The notes beneath the pieces were generated by a model, which had not been told where the DNA came from, searched no databases, and was given only the letters and a program-made list of their open reading frames with translations. The translations under genes were made by a program, and so were the position numbers. Shown piece after piece: positions 18,560 through 24,667 of a DNA stretch of 24,667 nucleotides (position 1 is the first letter of the stretch; the number at the start of each line of letters is the position of its first letter). Source of the stretch: Candidatus Zixiibacteriota bacterium (lineage in GTDB: Bacteria; Zixibacteria; MSB-5A5; UBA10806; 4484-95); the NCBI GenBank assembly GCA_029932605.1, contig JAOZPT010000039.1, positions 1 to 24,667 on the forward strand. Direction: 5' to 3'.

Positions 18560-19644
18560 TGCCCCTCGTCAAGGTTATTAGTAGTTACCTGAAAGCCTCG
18601 ACGACCAATCAATAGCTTTCCGCAACTATGACAGTAAGTATTTTCCCCTTTATGGCCATAAACATTGCCAATATAGGGATAATGTAAACCCTTTTCTTTA
18701 GCGATATCATAAGCCTGTTCAAGAGATTCTAAGGGGGTAACAGGCAAATTTTGCAATAGATAGGCAGGATGAAACCGGGTAAAATGAATTGGCACGTCGG
18801 GACCAAGATTGTCCAACAACCAATCACATAAACCTATAATCTCCTCTTTACTATCGTTTAGGCCCGGCAACATCAGATATACGATTTCAAGCCATCTACC
18901 GGATGATTTTATGGTAATAAGTGTCTCAAGGACTGGTTTTAGTTCACCCCGACATATTTCGTGATAATATTTTTCAGTAAAAGCCTTGAGATCTATTTTA
19001 ATAGCATCAACTACAGGAATCAAGTCTGTAAGGGGTTCTTTTTCGATATATCCCGCAGTTACCACAACCGAGCGGACACCGATTTTGCTGGCGGCTATGG
19101 CACAATCGTACATGTATTCATAAAATACAGTGGGTTCAGAATACGTATATGCAATTGAGACGGAGCCACTCTTAAAGGCATATTGGGCGCATTCTTCGGG
19201 TGTTAAACTAAAATGGTTGACATCCTCCGGTCGAAACTGCGAGATACTCCAGTTCTGGCAGAATTTACAATTTATATTGCAACCAGCGGTAGCAATTGAA
19301 AATGCTGATGTTCCCGGCAAAAAATGGAAAAACGGTTTTTTCTCTATCGGGTCGATATTGGCTGAGCATACCCGCGAATGTACAAGGGTATAGTATTCTC
19401 CGCCAACATTCTCTCGCACACCACAATAACCCCTCTCATGGTCACTCACCCGACATCGACGAGGGCATAGGTGACACTCCACCACTCCATCAGCCAGTTT
19501 TTCGTAATAGCGGGCTTTATGATAAGTCTCATCAAGCTGGGATTGTGTTTTAGGTAGAGGAACGCCCTGCGAAAAAACAAGCCTTGGACAAAAAACCAAA
19601 CCCGAACCGATAGCAGTAGCCTTGATAAACTCCCTTCGCTCCAT
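18517..19644 (-). CDS. amrS: AmmeMemoRadiSam system radical SAM enzyme with Tat-type N-terminal signal
   Basis: CHLCPRRC...GYCGVREN, DPIEKKPFFHFLPG, CxxxCxxC motif GCNINCKFCQNWSISQ, IAYTYSEP, HFTRFHP, C-terminal CHSC/CPYC; N-terminus MERREFIKATAIGSG. Confidence 0.93.
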   Translation of the reverse strand: MERREFIKATAIGSGLVFCPRLVFSQGVPLPKTQSQLDETYHKARYYEKLADGVVECHLCPRRCRVSDHERGYCGVRENVGGEYYTLVHSRVCSANIDPIEKKPFFHFLPGTSAFSIATAGCNINCKFCQNWSISQFRPEDVNHFSLTPEECAQYAFKSGSVSIAYTYSEPTVFYEYMYDCAIAASKIGVRSVVVTAGYIEKEPLTDLIPVVDAIKIDLKAFTEKYYHEICRGELKPVLETLITIKSSGRWLEIVYLMLPGLNDSKEEIIGLCDWLLDNLGPDVPIHFTRFHPAYLLQNLPVTPLESLEQAYDIAKEKGLHYPYIGNVYGHKGENTYCHSCGKLLIGRRGFQVTTNNLDEGQCPYCKSQIPGVWN

Positions 19645-19653
19645 TATAATTTG

Positions 19654-20442
19654 TTATCCTCCTGGTAGGTCTATTGTTCCCAGCTCGATTACATTGTCCG
19701 GCAATACATGCAAATCTATAATCTCCCAGTTGCCATACAATGTATCATGGGGGAATAAATACAGATTATAAGTGCCCTCCGGTAACCCGAAAAAGCCGAA
19801 ATAGTTTGAATCAGGCTCTGAAGTGGTGAAACCGGTGGTATCATCATCTTCGACACTAAACAGAAATATATCCGCCGAGGGATTTGTATAACCAAACATA
19901 CCCCCTGTGGAGTCGATATCTATAAATATAAACTCAGGAGAAAAATAGTATTCGCTGCTATCGGTGTTATACAGGATTGATGAAAACAGGTTGATATCCA
20001 CCAGTGCGGAGACATTCCGATCATTTGAAACCTGAATTATTCCCTCGCTGATGGCGCTATAGCCAGATGGGAAGTTCAGATCATGCGAAACACTATCCAC
20101 AACTATACGGCTTGAGCCAAAAGTGATTTTCAATGAACCGATATAACCGACTGGAATTTCCCTTTTAAGCAGAAGCTCACGTTGGCCATTCCGCAGACTT
20201 ACCAAGTTAAACGATTCACCGTTGTTATAGATCATATTCCAACCTGATGTTGAATCCGGAAAGTTATATAATGTGGATCGAAACGCAATCTCCTCAATGG
20301 TGACGATTACCGAGTCATAATCAGCAGGACTATCCTGAAGATACAACTCAAATTCCGCTGTTGGCGGGCCTGTGGTTGAGTTATCGGTACATGAAAGGAT
20401 AACTACATACAACAGAAGTGATAAGATCGCATATATCCTCAT
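19654..20442 (-). CDS. DUF4382 domain lipoprotein
   Basis: Lipobox ILSC; LYLQDSPADYDSVIVTIEEI and FNLVSLRNG patterns typical of DUF4382; C-terminal beta-sandwich (GLPEGTYNL); GGAGG SD at 20455-20451. Confidence 0.75.
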   Translation of the reverse strand: MRIYAILSLLLYVVILSCTDNSTTGPPTAEFELYLQDSPADYDSVIVTIEEIAFRSTLYNFPDSTSGWNMIYNNGESFNLVSLRNGQRELLLKREIPVGYIGSLKITFGSSRIVVDSVSHDLNFPSGYSAISEGIIQVSNDRNVSALVDINLFSSILYNTDSSEYYFSPEFIFIDIDSTGGMFGYTNPSADIFLFSVEDDDTTGFTTSEPDSNYFGFFGLPEGTYNLYLFPHDTLYGNWEIIDLHVLPDNVIELGTIDLPGG

Positions 20443-20531
20443 TATTTAATCCTCCATCTAAAAGCTAACTCTGTAAGCGAATATTTTCAAGTTAATTTTT
20501 CACTTTATATGATTTGTACATACTATATCTA

Positions 20532-21176
20532 TTAGCTCATCTTTTTTATATTTCTAAAATGGGTCTTTGCCACTAAATGGAGTTTGTCCCGACCGTGTCT
20601 TTTTATAAATTCTAAAAGTGCCTGGTCGGTTGGCGCGCCTGCTCCTGGATGCAAATGGATCTTAAATTGTATAGAAAGCGACTCCAGACGTTTCAAAAAT
20701 TCGTCACGGGCTAAAATCGAAGCTGCTGCTACAGCCAGGTTTGCTTCGGCCTTGGTCTGCTGAATAAGGTTTACTTCTTTGCCTTTTTTTTGTAATGCGG
20801 ATTTGACAAAACGTTCATCAGCAAACTTGTCAGTCAGGACATTATGACAATCGACTTTGGAGAGGAGATTTTCAATTGCCTTAGCATGCCCCCAAGCCAG
20901 AAGCCTGTGCAGATTTTTCATCTTAGGGTAAAGCTGGTTATATTTCTCCGGTCCGATTATTATGATATTGTGAGGGCAAACATTCTTTACTGATATTGCC
21001 AATGTCTTAACACGATTATCTGAAAGCTTTTTTGAATCTTTTATACTGGTAGATGGTATCGAGGAGAGGATTTCCGTATCGATATAACAAGCGGCGCAAA
21101 CAAGGGGCCCGAAAAGGTCTCCTTTGCCAGCCTCATCAGTGCCGATTAAACCATCGGCGATAAGTTCATCATACAC
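20532..21176 (-). CDS. rnhC: Ribonuclease HIII-type catalytic domain without the N-terminal TBP-like domain
   Basis: IGTDEAGKGDLFGPLVCAA, KDSKKLSD, PEKYNQLY, LLAWGHAKAIENLL, TDKF, KAE...AVAAASILAR, AKTHF; only ~10 aa precede the first catalytic motif. Confidence 0.88.
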   Translation of the reverse strand: MYDELIADGLIGTDEAGKGDLFGPLVCAACYIDTEILSSIPSTSIKDSKKLSDNRVKTLAISVKNVCPHNIIIIGPEKYNQLYPKMKNLHRLLAWGHAKAIENLLSKVDCHNVLTDKFADERFVKSALQKKGKEVNLIQQTKAEANLAVAAASILARDEFLKRLESLSIQFKIHLHPGAGAPTDQALLEFIKRHGRDKLHLVAKTHFRNIKKMS

Positions 21177-21182
21177 TCCTGT

Positions 21183-21740
21183 TCAAGCCCGCTCAAGGTA
21201 TTTGCTTTCACGAGTGTCTATTTTTATTTTGTCCCCCGTTTTTATAAAAAGCGGCACTCTGACTTTAAGACCGGTTTCCACCGTGACCAGTTTGGTGATA
21301 TTCGATACGGTATCACCCTTAACCGCCGGTTCAGCCTCGGTTACCTCAAGCACTACCGACGATGGCATCTCAACATTAACGGGATTACCCTCAAAAAAAA
21401 GGATTTCATATTCAATGTTCTCCTGGAGATACCATTTGTGATTTCCGATCTGATCCTCGTTAAGTGCTACCTGGTCATAGGTTCTTAAATCCATGAAATG
21501 GAAACCCTCCTGGTCAGCGTAAAGAAATTGCATCCTTTTTGCTTCAAAATCAGGCTCTTCGAATTTTTCTCCAGCAGAAAACGTCTTTTCCAGTACCTGG
21601 CCGGTGCGAATGTTTTTCAATTTCGTCCAGACATTAGCCCGACGCTGAGCAGTCCGGGCATGCTGGAAATCAACTATATAATAAATATCATCCCCAACCT
21701 TCAATCGCATACCTATACGAAAATCGGACGTACTTATCAT
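21183..21740 (-). CDS. efp: Translation elongation factor P with non-canonical tip loop
   Basis: MISTSDFRIG, TKLKNIRTG, MQFLY, FMDLRTYDQ, PAVKGDTVS, VETGLKVRVPLFIKTGDKIKIDTR, YLERA. ATG 21740 is preferred over TTG 21746 because GGAGG lies 7 nt upstream. Confidence 0.96.
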   Translation of the reverse strand: MISTSDFRIGMRLKVGDDIYYIVDFQHARTAQRRANVWTKLKNIRTGQVLEKTFSAGEKFEEPDFEAKRMQFLYADQEGFHFMDLRTYDQVALNEDQIGNHKWYLQENIEYEILFFEGNPVNVEMPSSVVLEVTEAEPAVKGDTVSNITKLVTVETGLKVRVPLFIKTGDKIKIDTRESKYLERA

Positions 21741-21898
21741 TAGCAAACCTCCATTCCTATCACAAAATATATAATAAACTACAATTTCAGCAAGGGAAAG
21801 TTTAATTTATGGTATTAATTAATAGTATGATAGAATATCTTTATTAAGTTATAGAAATTCAACAACCAAACAGTCTTGAACATTAAATAACAACGAAT

Positions 21899-23095
21899 TT
21901 AAATACTCCCTGAATTAATCAATTCCATCATCTCATCCTCAGTCTTTCTCCAATTCGCCAGATATGACAAAGCTGGTTTATCTTCCTCTGTTTGGTCGGG
22001 TGCGGTTTCAGGAAGACGTTTTAGACGGAGTTTAATAGGGGTTTTTAATCTTTTAACCCTGCTTTTGCTAGTCTCTTCATATGAACGTTTAATAATCTTT
22101 CTTATTTCATTTGTCTGAAGAGAATAATCCGGTTTCATATAGCTATAAATATTTTCAAGCATTGGCTGACCAGGCTGGCGTCGAAAACTGTCATTGGGAA
22201 TGATGTTTTCATGAAGATGGGTTTCAACATTGTATTTAATCACTGCATTTTTATACCGGTTCAATCCACATAATGTTGCTGCTCTTTCATCTGCTTTCAA
22301 CTCTAAGATCTGATTAAAACCATGTGTTAAATAAAGTGTAATAGCTTGACCCAATAACAAAAACAGGGCAACAGGATTAAGCATAAATAAAAATCCGTAA
22401 CTAAGGACATTATCAGTAGCGGATTTGAGGTAACTGTTCAATCGCCGGATATATAAGCCCGTTGATTTTTCCCCATCCATGTAAAAAGCATATTGTCGGG
22501 CAAACATCGCCTTTAGCTCGTTAGCTGTTAAAAACTGCAGTGCTGAAAGACCAACCCTCATCACTTTACTACAACCATAGAAAACGTTGTCTAAAGTAGC
22601 TATATCATCCTTTATAATGACTTCTGCTCCAGGAGTGATTTTGATTATTTTTACGGGAGCAACTTTAAAATATCGCGATAGTTCAGCAGACAATTTATAT
22701 AACTCCGGCTCAGTGGCGGGAGTGGCTGTTATAAAATGATCATCGTTTGTCGATTTCTTTTTAAACACAACCGTTAAAGTCAAAAGTCCGTTCAGGCTTA
22801 ACCAGGTCAATATCGCTAATATCACAAACGACAACTCACCGGTAATAGATAGAACATAAGATATTGATAAAACTGACATTATCACAACCGAAACGCCTAA
22901 AATCGGTATGCTAATAAAGTATACAACTGTATAAGATTTCAAGAACAACAGATATAGATACCCAGAGATTTCGTTAATTAATCTATAAGGTTGTTCATAT
23001 AAATATAATAATAACCTATCTAATAGAAAGCATACAACTCCCGAAACGCTAACAAGCCCGAGAAAAACTAAATTCAACTTTAGGACAAAAAGCAT
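21899..23095 (-). CDS. M48 (HtpX-like) metallopeptidase homologue lacking the HExxH zinc motif
   Basis: N-terminal TM helices; EPELYKL; VGLSALQFLTANELKAMFARQYAFY where LxxxELxAVLAHExGH is expected; downstream ELKADERAA; TPIKLRLKRL where HP..R is expected. Confidence 0.7.
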   Translation of the reverse strand: MLFVLKLNLVFLGLVSVSGVVCFLLDRLLLYLYEQPYRLINEISGYLYLLFLKSYTVVYFISIPILGVSVVIMSVLSISYVLSITGELSFVILAILTWLSLNGLLTLTVVFKKKSTNDDHFITATPATEPELYKLSAELSRYFKVAPVKIIKITPGAEVIIKDDIATLDNVFYGCSKVMRVGLSALQFLTANELKAMFARQYAFYMDGEKSTGLYIRRLNSYLKSATDNVLSYGFLFMLNPVALFLLLGQAITLYLTHGFNQILELKADERAATLCGLNRYKNAVIKYNVETHLHENIIPNDSFRRQPGQPMLENIYSYMKPDYSLQTNEIRKIIKRSYEETSKSRVKRLKTPIKLRLKRLPETAPDQTEEDKPALSYLANWRKTEDEMMELINSGSI

Positions 23096-23223
23096 TTATA
23101 ACTCAACCCAAAATTCAATGCCAGCCCCCATATTAAAGGTCGGAAAATGCGTGAATATATTTAGACTGCTATATATCTATATATTGACATTTTATATAAT
23201 TGTATCTTCCAATATCAAATTGT

Positions 23224-23754
23224 CTATTCTGAATCGTATTGGATGAGTGAGAAAAATGGGTATCTGGAAATTTTATCTCTACCTTTTAAAAATGCCAGTT
23301 CCATTAAGACCCATATTTCGGTTACTTTGCCACCGAGACGTTCTACAAGTTTGCATGTAGCCTCAAGAGTGCCACCTGTCGCCAGGAGGTCATCTATAAT
23401 TAAGACATTCGTACCGGAAGTTATGGCATCTTTATGTATTTCTAAAGTAGCCTGACCGTATTCTAGATCATATGACTCTGAGACAGTTTCTGCGGGAAGT
23501 TTACCTGGTTTACGAGCGGGAATAAATCCTACTCCAAGCCGGTCGGCAAGCACACCGCCGAATATGAAACCACGCGATTCCACACCGACAATAGCATCAA
23601 TACTACAACCTTTGTAACGCTCATGTAAATGGTCTATGACAGCTTTAAAAGCCCGTGGATCTTTTATCAATGTGGTGACATCGCGGAATACTATTCCTTT
23701 CTTAGGGAAATCCGGAATATTTCTTATCTTTTTTTTCAACTGCTCAATGTTCAT
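23224..23754 (-). CDS. apt: Adenine phosphoribosyltransferase
   Basis: IPDFPKKGIVFRDVTTL, ESRGFIFG, RKPGKLP, YDLEYG, PRPP-binding VLIIDDLLATGGT. Confidence 0.97.
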   Translation of the reverse strand: MNIEQLKKKIRNIPDFPKKGIVFRDVTTLIKDPRAFKAVIDHLHERYKGCSIDAIVGVESRGFIFGGVLADRLGVGFIPARKPGKLPAETVSESYDLEYGQATLEIHKDAITSGTNVLIIDDLLATGGTLEATCKLVERLGGKVTEIWVLMELAFLKGRDKISRYPFFSLIQYDSE

Positions 23755-24032
23755 AATCTTATCCTGAAATTTTTAAATTCACCGGTGAATTTCTCCCATT
23801 TAACTTCAACATCCGAGACAAAACCTGCGCTAGGGCCGATTTTTATATCTCTAAGCAAATCATTAAGCATACCAACAGTTCCTTCCGCCACAAATTCAAC
23901 TCGTCCATCGGGGATATTTCTGACCCAGCCTGTTAAGTCGTATTGATGAGCCTTAGCTTGAGTGAAATATCTAAAACCCACCCCGTGAACATGTCCGGAA
24001 ACAAAACAGTGAAGCCTAGCATAATCTACCAT
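23751..24032 (-). CDS. acyP: Acylphosphatase
   Basis: VSGHVHGVGFRYF and GWVRNIPDGRVE motifs; 93 aa. Confidence 0.93.
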   Translation of the reverse strand: MVDYARLHCFVSGHVHGVGFRYFTQAKAHQYDLTGWVRNIPDGRVEFVAEGTVGMLNDLLRDIKIGPSAGFVSDVEVKWEKFTGEFKNFRIRL

Positions 24033-24478
24033 CAGATACCCTCTATTGCTAAATCTACCGCCTGCTGAGGCGTATCGGCTTTAACTATACTATCAATATC
24101 CCAAGTACCAAGGCCAACTACTTTTTTGCCAGCATCAAGGGCAAAGGCTATCTCTGAAAGTGTACCATATTTGCCGGAGATGGCGATAAAAGCCTGACCG
24201 GTGTTTACGATTATACTATTTCGTGCCCTACCTATGCCGGTGGCAATCGCAATCGAAACATACTCGTTAGCGGTGTTTGGATCATCATACGGAAGGATGC
24301 CTACTGTTATTCCTCCCGCCTTTATAGCGCCTTTGCAAGCGGCTTCCATTACTCCACCAAGCCCGCCGCAAATCAGGATGGCATCTTTCTCGGCTATGTG
24401 TTTGCCCACCTGATAGGCATATTCAAGGTATTCAGGTTCAACCGTAGAACCGCCGATTACACCGATTATTTTTTTCAC
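24032..24478 (-). CDS. TIGR00725 family protein (LOG/SLOG superfamily Rossmann fold)
   Basis: IGVIGGS, CGGLGGVMEAACKGA, TVGILP, ATGIGRARN, YGTLSEIAFAL. Confidence 0.92.
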   Translation of the reverse strand: MKKIIGVIGGSTVEPEYLEYAYQVGKHIAEKDAILICGGLGGVMEAACKGAIKAGGITVGILPYDDPNTANEYVSIAIATGIGRARNSIIVNTGQAFIAISGKYGTLSEIAFALDAGKKVVGLGTWDIDSIVKADTPQQAVDLAIEGI

Positions 24479-24533
24479 AATGGAGATTTAATATGATATA
24501 TATTAGATGTCAATTGGAAAGTGGACTATGTCG

Positions 24534-24661
24534 AGTTTATCTAAACTTCGTTCGCTTCGGAAAAATAACCTACTGTTTCCTTTTATTAGGTATAATTTAA
24601 GTTAATATTTCGCGGATAAAAGAAGTTACCGAAGGCAATTTGGGCGAAGTGTAGTGAAACT
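24534..24661 (+). other. Rod-like imperfect hairpin (~130 nt); candidate ncRNA or palindromic element
   Basis: Nested complementary blocks: AGTTT 24534/AAACT 24657; ACTTCG 24545/CGAAGT 24645; CTTCGG 24555/CCGAAG 24629; TAAC 24566/GTTA 24625; CTTTTAT 24580/ATAAAAG 24616. Confidence 0.4.
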
Positions 24662-24667
24662 TTTTAT

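Noticed and set aside
16457..21740. Radical SAM plus spermidine-synthase-like genes as the EF-P modification machinery (by analogy to EpmB or hypusine)
   Set aside because: AmrS is not a lysine 2,3-aminomutase, carries a Tat-like signal, and is separated from efp by rnhC and a lipoprotein gene; the SAM motif of the membrane protein is degenerate. Proximity alone is insufficient.
21124..24413. Plus-strand ORFs opposite efp, apt, acyP and TIGR00725
   Set aside because: Antisense shadows of conserved housekeeping genes.
1..24667. Prophage, IS, integron, tRNA, rRNA or defence system
   Set aside because: No integrase, transposase, phage structural, nuclease-defence or cloverleaf/rRNA signatures were recognised; intergenic gaps are short.

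Overview
AT-rich bacterial chromosome segment, mostly minus-strand housekeeping genes. A QNxPNPFNP-type C-terminal sorting domain and the gene content suggest an FCB-associated lineage such as Zixibacteria, Ignavibacteria or Calditrichota (inference). Left to right: an LVIVD beta-propeller lipoprotein cut by the left edge; an isolated gas-vesicle-like pair (divergent gvpA plus a coiled-coil gene) with its own promoter/operator; a fused ECF-type ATPase; an accC-gcvH-gcvPA-(Zn-ribbon)-(thioredoxin/TPR lipoprotein)-gcvPB operon; a Tat-signal DUF362 protein with a T9SS-type CTD; a rhodanese-MauE/DoxX pair; a MoeA homologue with eroded catalytic motifs; an S41 protease; a spermidine-synthase-like membrane protein behind a Tat-signal AmmeMemoRadiSam radical SAM enzyme; a DUF4382 lipoprotein; a short RNase HIII in frame behind an EF-P with a non-canonical tip loop (Gln at the normally modified Lys); an M48-like protein without HExxH; apt, acyP and a TIGR00725 gene. 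I saw no mobile element, CRISPR array, tRNA or rRNA. Most notable: the orphan gvpA module, the EF-P variant and efp-UGA-rnhC junction, the Tat+T9SS DUF362 protein, several apparent pseudoenzymes, and two structured intergenic elements. All family calls come from motif recognition by eye; no database search was run.
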